In this document: positions 1 to 7,702 of the stretch, one piece after another
Layout of the letters: the number at the start of each line of letters is the position of its first letter
Numbering within the stretch: the stretch's first letter is position 1
Assembly (NCBI GenBank): GCA_048940645.1
Contig: JBHLOI010000079.1
Location: 1 to 13,252, forward strand
DNA: 13,252 nucleotides
Direction of reading: 5' to 3'
From: Promethearchaeota archaeon
GTDB lineage: Archaea; Asgardarchaeota; Lokiarchaeia; Sigyniarchaeales; SOKP01
Position numbers and translations under genes: made by a program
The notes under the pieces: model-generated
Told to the model about the DNA's origin: nothing
The model's input: only the letters and a program-made list of their open reading frames with translations
The model's database searches: none

Positions 1-1652
1 ACTTTTCTTCTGATTATTTTATCAGAACCAGTAACTATTCTTAGTAAAGTAGCCCAATTATACATAATTGTTTGATATTTTAAGTTTAATGTTTGATCTA
101 ATCGCCCTGTCTTATTTACTTTCTTCAAGTTCTCTTCATGGAAATCAGACCATTCTAATTTTCTATCTTTTATTCCTAATTGTTTTTTATATTTTCTTCG
201 TTTAGAAGTGCTTAAATTTGGAGATATTGGAGGAGTATGCATAACAATAACGATCTTATCATTATATGAAAGTTTAATATATGCCCTTAATAAGTCAACT
301 TGATAATCTTTAATCCCCTTAGTGCTTGGTCCACCTGTAAGTAAATCATGGAGATCAGCAACTGAATCTTGCCCCGTGTCAAGAAAAATAAAAGAATAGC
401 TATCTCCAATTCTTAACTTAAAATTAAGATTTGGATTAATGTATCTAAAGTAATCCTTTAAATATTTATCTCTAGATTTAAGAGCTGTTAAATAATTGAA
501 AAATTTAATATCATAATATCCTTTAATATCAGAATACGTCATACCAAATATTTTATGAATTTGACTGAATCTCATGCCGTAATGTTCCTTACGGTAATCA
601 TGATTTCCTACTGTTGTAAAAATCGGAACTAAAATTTCTTTTTTATTAATATATTCAGAGTCTTTTCCTAAGTATGGAGGTTTCTCTAAACCTCTGTTTA
701 AACCCAATAGAATCTCAATAAAAACATGAAAGTTATTCTCATATTGATAATTACCCCTTGCTATATTAAGATAATCAATTAAGTCCCCAGTCATTAATAC
801 AAAATCTAATTCATTTTGTAAAGCTTTTTTATTTACAAATTCAATAAAAAGTCTTAAACTGTAATTGAAATTATATTTAGCATATCTTAATTCTTCATAT
901 TTTTCTTCCTGAAATTCTTCTCGAAATTCAAAATCTCTTGTTAAAACGAATGTATCAACCTTATTAATTTTCTTCTTTCTTTTTTTATAATATTCCAATT
1001 TAGCTCTTGCTTTTTCTTTAAGAAAGTTTAAGATAAAATCATTTCTACGCGCTATATGGAAATCTGAAGCATGAATAAAATCGAAATTTTTCCATTCCTT
1101 ATTAAATATAGCAATACTATGGTAATTTACCTTATTATCAATTCTATTAGGAATATCATGAACAATATCGAATAATAAGAAGTCTCTCTTTATTTCCTTT
1201 AACAATTGCTCAACTTTTTTCACAATAGAAATTTCTAATTCAAATTTTACATGATATAGCTCCTTTCTTTTTCCAAATACATTATCTAATTGTAAAACAC
1301 AATTGAATATGTCCCAAATAATACAATTTTGTTCCTCCAAAATAGATTGATCTCTAAAATCTAATTTTTTAATTTTAGAAATCTCAGTCAATTTAATAGG
1401 ATATAAAGTTCCCCTTCTTTGTTGAAAATTTCCATCATCCTTTAGTATCGGTTGAATGAATATGTTTAAATGAAAATATTCTAAAATTCTTTTAATAGAA
1501 TGTGATGGTTTAGCGATTATTAAGGAATCAATGATAATACTTCGATTATATTCATTTGCCTTATTCTTAAAATCTCTTAAATTGAGTAAAATAGGTTGCC
1601 CTAAATTTGGCTTTATTATTATTGGAAAACTTCCTTTTGATAGATCTAACAT
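1..1652 (-). CDS. Calcineurin-like metallophosphoesterase with ~190 aa N-terminal domain; 3' end beyond the window (>=550 aa)
   Basis: Not in the ORF track. Manual translation from ATG at 1652 (MLDLSKGSFPIIIKPNLGQP...) stays open to the window edge. Ordered motifs: FIHASDFHIA (DxH, ~1050-1079), VLMTGDLIDY (GDxxD, ~771-800), TVGNHDY (~595-615), FIFLDTG (~372-392), VMHTPP (~228-245). The final GHxH motif should lie outside the window. Confidence 0.9.
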   Translation of the reverse strand, partial: MLDLSKGSFPIIIKPNLGQPILLNLRDFKNKANEYNRSIIIDSLIIAKPSHSIKRILEYFHLNIFIQPILKDDGNFQQRRGTLYPIKLTEISKIKKLDFRDQSILEEQNCIIWDIFNCVLQLDNVFGKRKELYHVKFELEISIVKKVEQLLKEIKRDFLLFDIVHDIPNRIDNKVNYHSIAIFNKEWKNFDFIHASDFHIARRNDFILNFLKEKARAKLEYYKKRKKKINKVDTFVLTRDFEFREEFQEEKYEELRYAKYNFNYSLRLFIEFVNKKALQNELDFVLMTGDLIDYLNIARGNYQYENNFHVFIEILLGLNRGLEKPPYLGKDSEYINKKEILVPIFTTVGNHDYRKEHYGMRFSQIHKIFGMTYSDIKGYYDIKFFNYLTALKSRDKYLKDYFRYINPNLNFKLRIGDSYSFIFLDTGQDSVADLHDLLTGGPSTKGIKDYQVDLLRAYIKLSYNDKIVIVMHTPPISPNLSTSKRRKYKKQLGIKDRKLEWSDFHEENLKKVNKTGRLDQTLNLKYQTIMYNWATLLRIVTGSDKIIRRK

Positions 1653-2067
1653 TTCAAATATATATATCTCAACATTAAATGGATAAAAATAGTTTAATAA
1701 TAATTAGTTGATTTTTTCAAATAAAAGAATTTATTTATTATTTTTATTCAGATTAGAAATCTAAATTTTAGTAAAAACCTTTGAAAATCTCAATATTTTC
1801 AATTATTTACATATATAAATTTATCTATTGAATACTTTCATGTGTTATAAAAAAATCTAATAAAGTCAAAGATTTAAATATGTGAAAATTGTATATCTTA
1901 TAAGTATCTTAAATTGGATGTTTAAAATGGAAGATTATTTAATTAAACGTCTATTTGAACAAAACGAAATTCATTTTTTGTATTTAAATAAAAATTAAAT
2001 TTTAAATTACAAATCCTACTTTTAATTTAATAAAGAGTATAAAACATAATAGTTAAAATTCAACAAT

Positions 2068-3561
2068 ATGACGGATGAACTAAAAGAAGAAGATAAGGAA
2101 AGTAAATCGGAAAGTAAAGTAGAAAAAGATGATGATAGAGTAGATAAGGAATTTTTGAGCAAAGCAAAAGATTCAAGAGACTTAATAGATAAAAAGTTAA
2201 GGAGTTTTGAAAATAGCATTGAAGATATTTCTGATACCATTAAAAATGGTGAAACTGAAGAGGAACCAAGGAAAAAAGAAGAAACTCAGATAGAAGAATT
2301 AAGTGAAGAAATTAAAAGTCAACAAGAAAACCTCGAGCAAATTAAGAAAAAGATTGATGATAAAGAAGATTATCTTACTGCTATTGAAGAAACAATAAGA
2401 GCATTAGAGGAACGATACAATCGGAAAAATGAAGAAATGCAAAACCTAGACGAGAGAATACAGATTACCACCGAGAGTAAAGAAACATTAGAAGAGGAAT
2501 ATAAGGAACTAATAAAGAACAATGAGCAATTAATCAAAACCTATGAAGCTAGGCAGGTAGATTTAATAGTACTAACTGATAGTGTAAAAGAAAAAGTCAC
2601 AACACAGGACGATTTAAGATCAAAAATAGCAAAAATTAATCAAGAATTTCAAGAGAAAGAACAACTCTTAGAGAAGCAGAGAGAAGAAGCAGAAGCTTTA
2701 GATAAGAAAATAAAAAGCCTAACAGCAGAAAATGAGACTTTAAAAGTATCAATTGGAAAAAATAGGTTTGAATTAGACCATACAAATAAAGAAATAGAAG
2801 CTAAAGAGGAAGAAAAAAAATTACTATCAGAACAATTAGAGAAAAAAGAACAGAGAATAAAAGTCATAGAGCAACACATTGAAGATTATAAAGAGGGATT
2901 TCCTGAGATGGAAAAACAAAGACAAACATATGAAGAACTTTTAGCAAAATATAAAGTTCAATTAACTGAAAAACAACAACAATTAATTGATGTTGAATCA
3001 AGGATTCAAGGTTTGAACGACAATCTAGAGTCTTTTGATGAACAGATTTCTAAAAAAGAAACTTTAATTGAAGCTAATGAGAAAAGAATAGATGATTTGA
3101 AAAAAGATATTGATATTACCAATAAGGAGTATATTGAAAGAGAGGAGCGGTTAAATTCTCTTACAGAAAAATTAGAATATATGCAAACTGAACATGATAA
3201 ACTTGTTAAAGCAAAAGAAGTTATTGAAAACAGCACAAACGAATCTAAAGCATTACTACAAAAATTAAAAATAGAGTTAGAGAATCAGGAAGAAGAAATA
3301 AGAGATAAGGAAAGCAGGATTCATAGATTAGAGACTTTATCATTCATCTATAGACTTTCAAAATTCTTTGGTGGGATATTAATCGGAGTAGGGGTGTTCT
3401 TTATTATTCTTGTGATAGGTGATATGTTTAATTTTATCAATTTTGGAGATGTTCAGATTATTAATTTTGGGGATTTCAGTTTGGGGGTTCTAGGTTTATT
3501 ATTATTAATAAGCGCTATATTTTCAATTATTTCTGGGATATTTCACCTTGAGAAATCTTAA
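2068..3561 (+). CDS. Long coiled-coil protein with C-terminal two-TM hairpin anchor (497 aa)
   Basis: Acidic N-terminus of ~70 aa, then ~350 aa of E/K/Q/L/I-rich heptad-like sequence almost free of Pro/Gly, then two hydrophobic helices (FFGGILIGVGVFFIILVIG; LGVLGLLLLISAIFSIISGIF). No Walker A/B motif. Confidence 0.85.
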   Translation: MTDELKEEDKESKSESKVEKDDDRVDKEFLSKAKDSRDLIDKKLRSFENSIEDISDTIKNGETEEEPRKKEETQIEELSEEIKSQQENLEQIKKKIDDKEDYLTAIEETIRALEERYNRKNEEMQNLDERIQITTESKETLEEEYKELIKNNEQLIKTYEARQVDLIVLTDSVKEKVTTQDDLRSKIAKINQEFQEKEQLLEKQREEAEALDKKIKSLTAENETLKVSIGKNRFELDHTNKEIEAKEEEKKLLSEQLEKKEQRIKVIEQHIEDYKEGFPEMEKQRQTYEELLAKYKVQLTEKQQQLIDVESRIQGLNDNLESFDEQISKKETLIEANEKRIDDLKKDIDITNKEYIEREERLNSLTEKLEYMQTEHDKLVKAKEVIENSTNESKALLQKLKIELENQEEEIRDKESRIHRLETLSFIYRLSKFFGGILIGVGVFFIILVIGDMFNFINFGDVQIINFGDFSLGVLGLLLLISAIFSIISGIFHLEKS

Positions 3562-3617
3562 AATTAATAGTTTTTGATATACTTTTTATTTTAAAAAATA
3601 TTAATTGACGATCAAAA

Positions 3618-5483
3618 TTGACAGAATCTAAAAAGGAAGAGATTTTACCTAAAAGAACCCTAAAGTTGTCTCAAGCAGTAATATATGGAATAGGTTGTGG
3701 AATAGGGGGATCAATATTTATTCTTTTAAGTGATGGAATTGCAAGTGCAGGACCTGGAATTTTAATAAGTTTGATTTTATGTGGAATTCTTATTTTTTTT
3801 ACTGCTCTTAATTATTCAGAATTATCAACAAGTTTACCAATAGCAGGTGGCGCTTATAATTTCACTAAAGAAGGTCTAGGTGGTTTTTTAGCGTTTATAA
3901 TTGGATTTTTTTTATGGATTGCTAATATTGCTGCTTGCTCATTTTCAGCACAAAGTTTTGCTCTAGTAATTAATAAAGTTTTAGAAAAAAATAGTATAAA
4001 TGTACACCCTATATTTATAGCTTTTATAAGTATTTTACCTCTATTATTAACAAGCCTGGTAATATTTAGGACACAAAAAATTGCTATTAGAGCTTTATTA
4101 ATATCTACTATTATTCTAATTGGAATGTTAATTTTCTTCATATTTTCGGGTTTGATAATATCTCCTATCGTCCCAACATCAAATTTTAGCTCCGACTTTT
4201 TACTTTCAGGTACTAGCTTCTTTGGAGTTATATCAGCATTCTCTTTATTATTCATTTTATTTACATCAATTACCTCTAATTTAGCATATTTGAATGCAGA
4301 TTTAAAAAACCCTTCTAAAAATGTTCCAAAGACAAATATTTATGCAATTTTAATAACATTAGGCATATACTTGTCAATAACTATAGCGGTTCTATTAAAC
4401 ATAGAGGTAAGCTCAACGAAAGGAACGCCTATTCTATTGGTTGTTCTTGAAAACATACTAGGGCCTTTTGGCTTTTACTTTATGGCTATTGCTGCCTTAA
4501 TCTCCACAACAATAGCTATTAATGCCGCTCTGGGGTCAGCAGTAAGTGTTATAACTGCATTAGCAAGGGATAGGTATATTCCAAAAAAAATCAGAGCAGT
4601 AAAAAAAAGAACTGATATGCCCGTACTAGCTTTAATGATTACAGCTTTTTTAGCAATTATTTTCGCAATTTTTGCTCAAATAGGATTGACAGCTAACACT
4701 ACAAATCTTATTTATTTTATTGGTCTAGCTTCAGTTAATTATGCTGCTGTTAAATTAAGGCATAAAAGAAAAGAATTAGATCGTCCATTTAAAGCACCAT
4801 TTTTTCCTTTTCTTCCGATTTTACTATTTATCTGCTTTTTAACCTTTGCAGTCTTATTTGGAATTATTATATCTATTGAGGCACTCTTTTTAGCAATAAT
4901 TATTTCTATCATTGGTGTGGCGTATTATTTATTGACAATTGCAGATAAGCCCTCGATTTCTTTAACTTTAGCAGGAATTAAGTTTTTTGTAGTTATCGTC
5001 ATTGGATTTGTTATTTGGATTATAAACAATTTCTCAAGTGCTAGTTCCAACGCCATCTCAATGAATAGAATATTGATAATTATTGGTGTTTTTACGATTG
5101 GAACCATCATTTTTGATCTATTTCCTCTTCGTCAAGTTATCTATTATTTTATTAGAAAAGTGGATAAAGCAAAAGTAGCGATCAGATTTGGGAATGCACA
5201 AATAATCGAATTAGGAAAAAAAAGATCAAAAATTATTCATGTAGTGAATATTATAATAACGTTATTACAATTTCTATCTGTTATTTTTATCTTTTCTATT
5301 GTTTATCTTTTACTGAATAATATGATAATTATTGAAGAAATAAATCTTGGTACGACAATAATATCTAAAGAGGCTGGAAGATTTCTCTTTATTTCAATTT
5401 TAATGTTTTTTGGTATAGTCCTCTTTTTTAGTACAGTTATATTGTGGTATAGAAATAGAGAATTAAAACAACTCGGAATTTAA
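3618..5483 (+). CDS. APC-superfamily amino acid permease with ~4 extra C-terminal TM helices (621 aa, TTG start)
   Basis: APC motifs GCGIGGSIF (TM1), AGPG, YSELSTSLPIAGGAYNF, LKNPSKNVPK, ALARDRYIP, LRHKRKELDRPFKAPFFP. About 16 hydrophobic segments by eye. Confidence 0.9.
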   Translation: MTESKKEEILPKRTLKLSQAVIYGIGCGIGGSIFILLSDGIASAGPGILISLILCGILIFFTALNYSELSTSLPIAGGAYNFTKEGLGGFLAFIIGFFLWIANIAACSFSAQSFALVINKVLEKNSINVHPIFIAFISILPLLLTSLVIFRTQKIAIRALLISTIILIGMLIFFIFSGLIISPIVPTSNFSSDFLLSGTSFFGVISAFSLLFILFTSITSNLAYLNADLKNPSKNVPKTNIYAILITLGIYLSITIAVLLNIEVSSTKGTPILLVVLENILGPFGFYFMAIAALISTTIAINAALGSAVSVITALARDRYIPKKIRAVKKRTDMPVLALMITAFLAIIFAIFAQIGLTANTTNLIYFIGLASVNYAAVKLRHKRKELDRPFKAPFFPFLPILLFICFLTFAVLFGIIISIEALFLAIIISIIGVAYYLLTIADKPSISLTLAGIKFFVVIVIGFVIWIINNFSSASSNAISMNRILIIIGVFTIGTIIFDLFPLRQVIYYFIRKVDKAKVAIRFGNAQIIELGKKRSKIIHVVNIIITLLQFLSVIFIFSIVYLLLNNMIIIEEINLGTTIISKEAGRFLFISILMFFGIVLFFSTVILWYRNRELKQLGI

Positions 5484-5540
5484 AATTAATCGTTCAAATA
5501 TTTAACTAAACATCAAAAATTATAATTCTTTTTTAAATAT

Positions 5541-6272
5541 ATGGACTTTCCTAGGCTAAATTTGCATATTCATTCAAAATATTCAGATGGAAGAAATAAT
5601 ATAAAACAAATCGTAAGAAAATCAGTAGAATATGAATTGAATTATATAGCTATAACGGATCATTTCACAAATTCTTGGAAAGCAAGTATTATACCCAATT
5701 TAAACTCAAAAGAAAAAATTAATAAATATATTTCAGAAATTAACCAATGTCAGAACTATTTAAAAAGGGAAAATCTTAAGTTAAAGGTATTTAAGGGAAT
5801 AGAAATCGATATTAGTAGTTCAGAAAGTTATATTTTAAATTTGTTAAATCCTTATGATTTTGATATAATCCTTTTCGAATATATCGAGAGCCCTGAAGGT
5901 ATCGCATACGTAAAGAATATCATTAAATCCTGGAAAAAAAAATCTACTGCAAAAAATTTCCCAATCTTAGGATTAGCACATTTAGATCCAGCATTTTTTA
6001 TTTATAGTTATTTTGACATCTTAATAACATTCTTAAAAGATTATGATATTTATTTCGAATTTAATTCCAGTTATTCACAGTATTATGCATGTAAATTCCA
6101 AGACTTCTTCTTAAAATTAAAAGAGAGTACCATTTTAGTGGCTATAGGATGCGATTCTCATAATTTGTTAGATTTAATGAATATTGAGGAACCATTTAAT
6201 ATGATAAGAAATTATAAACTTGAAGATAATTTATCAATGTTGATTAAACTTCTTGAATCGAGGGATTTTTAA
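5541..6272 (+). CDS. PHP-domain phosphoesterase (YcdX/HisJ/PolX-PHP-like)
   Basis: PHP motifs NLHIHSKYSDG, IAITDHF, GIEID, AHLD, FEFN and GCDSH. Confidence 0.9.
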   Translation: MDFPRLNLHIHSKYSDGRNNIKQIVRKSVEYELNYIAITDHFTNSWKASIIPNLNSKEKINKYISEINQCQNYLKRENLKLKVFKGIEIDISSSESYILNLLNPYDFDIILFEYIESPEGIAYVKNIIKSWKKKSTAKNFPILGLAHLDPAFFIYSYFDILITFLKDYDIYFEFNSSYSQYYACKFQDFFLKLKESTILVAIGCDSHNLLDLMNIEEPFNMIRNYKLEDNLSMLIKLLESRDF

Positions 6273-6283
6273 TAAAAAGGTAA

Positions 6284-6628
6284 TTAGATTCGTAATTTAT
6301 TTATGTATTCCATATAATATTTGAAAGCTCTTTCAAATGAAATATCCAACAGTATTTCACTTTGTTCTTTAGGTTCATTTAACATTTTTTTCAATTCTCT
6401 TTTTCCAATATTGAAAATCTCTTTAGCAGCGATGATCTTTTTACTCATTGGCATATTATCTATTTCAGTAATTGTTTTATTATATTTCTTCTGCCATTCG
6501 CTTAGTGCCTGCCAAATTATACCTCTCATAGCTGGAATAGATACATTGATAAGTTCACATAAACGTTTAGCAATATTTCGAATCAATTTTAATTGGACAG
6601 GATTAAAATTTACTTTAATATATTCCAT
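6284..6628 (-). CDS. Hypothetical small basic, probably helical protein (114 aa)
   Basis: ATG start and K/E/I/L-rich composition typical of real genes here. Converges on the PHP gene with an 11-bp gap. No recognisable motif. Confidence 0.7.
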   Translation of the reverse strand: MEYIKVNFNPVQLKLIRNIAKRLCELINVSIPAMRGIIWQALSEWQKKYNKTITEIDNMPMSKKIIAAKEIFNIGKRELKKMLNEPKEQSEILLDISFERAFKYYMEYINKLRI

Positions 6629-6649
6629 TTCCGTATTTCTTAAAGCAAT

Positions 6650-6719
6650 TTCGTTAAAATTTACTAAGTACGTGATAGGTTCCTCAACCCGATTTTTTTA
6701 TTATTAATTCGTTAAAATT
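6650..6719. repeat. 12-bp direct repeat TTCGTTAAAATT (6650-6661 and 6708-6719) in a divergent intergenic region
   Basis: Exact 12-nt match with a 58-nt period, between the 114-aa gene and the sirtuin. Function unknown. Confidence 0.5.
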
Positions 6720-6912
6720 CTATATAAAACTTTAGGTATAAATAATCTCAATTAGACAATTGTGTTTAATATTTTTAAAATACACTATTTAATTTTAGAA
6801 ATCTGTGGATTTATTTTGACACTATATTAAAGAAACCAAAGGTTTTCATCTAAGCGAAATTAAATAAATTATATAATTAGCTTTATATTTTCAAATAATT
6901 TTTTATTTAAAT

Positions 6913-7668
6913 ATGAGCCTTGAAGAGAAAATTAATCTAGCAGCAAAATGGATAATTGATTCAGAAAGATTAGTTGTGTTTACCGGAGCAGGAATATCTA
7001 CTGATTCAGGTTTACCAGATTATCGTGGACCAGACGGAGTATGGACAAGACGGGATAAGGGACTGCCTCCGCCTAAAACACCACCATGGGATCAGGTGAA
7101 ACCGAATCCTCACCATTATGCAATTGTAGAGTTAATGAAAATGGGAAAATTAAATTATCTGATTTCCCAAAATATAGATGGGCTACATGCTAAATCAGGT
7201 ATCCCTTTTGATAAATTAGCAGAGCTTCACGGCAATATGTATTTTATGAAATGTTTATCGTGTAATAAGAAGATGACATTTGAAGAAGCAGGATGGGATA
7301 AAGCAAAATGGGGACCAGGATACAGAACCAATCAAGTTCGAAAAGACCAACCTGATTGTCCTTATTGCGGGAGTAGAATCATTTCAAGTATCGTTAATTT
7401 TGGCGATCCGTTGCCATACGATGAGTTAGAAGAATCAATTAACCGATCTAAAGCTGCAGATGTATTTTTTGTAATTGGTTCATCTTTAGTAGTAACACCG
7501 GCAGCTAACATGCCAGGTATAGCCAAGCGAAATGGAGCAAAATTAATTATCTTAAATAAGGGGGAAACTCCTTATGATTATGCGGCAGATTTAAGATTTG
7601 ATGATTATATCGAAGAGATACTTCCTCTTATTTTAGAAAGAGTTAAGGAAATGCTAAATGGAAATTAG
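6913..7668 (+). CDS. NAD+-dependent protein deacylase (Sir2 family, Zn-binding), with SIRT6/7-like N-terminal half
   Basis: [23 protein letters not shown], catalytic ELHG, Zn ligands CLSC...CPYC, [17 protein letters not shown] and NKGETPYD. Confidence 0.95.
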   Translation: [251 protein letters not shown]

Positions 7669-7702
7669 TTTGTCGATAAAATTAAATTCAATTTAAGAAT
7701 AA

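Noticed and set aside
1653-2067. Archaeal TATA boxes (TTTAAATA at 1873 and 1983), a tiny ORF (MFKMEDYFN) or an ncRNA in the 415-bp divergent spacer
   Set aside because: The region is so AT-rich that TATA-like words are expected by chance. There is no GC-rich structured segment and the promoters cannot be placed.
2022-3236. Minus-strand ORFs 2022..2240, 2649..2879 and 3006..3236
   Set aside because: S/F/L-rich antisense shadows of the E/K-rich coiled-coil gene.
2068-3561. SMC/Rad50 or dynamin/atlastin call, including an Mre11-Rad50 pair with the divergent phosphoesterase
   Set aside because: No Walker A/B, signature motif, CxxC hook or GTPase motifs. The protein is membrane anchored, and the phosphoesterase lacks Mre11 layout.
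3854-5110. Minus-strand ORFs 3854..4255 and 4925..5110
   Set aside because: Antisense shadows inside the well-supported APC permease, with no motifs.
6321-6707. Plus-strand 128-aa hydrophobic ORF
   Set aside because: TTG start, and its composition is what the antisense of the K/E-rich 6284..6628 gene would give. The minus-strand ORF is preferred.
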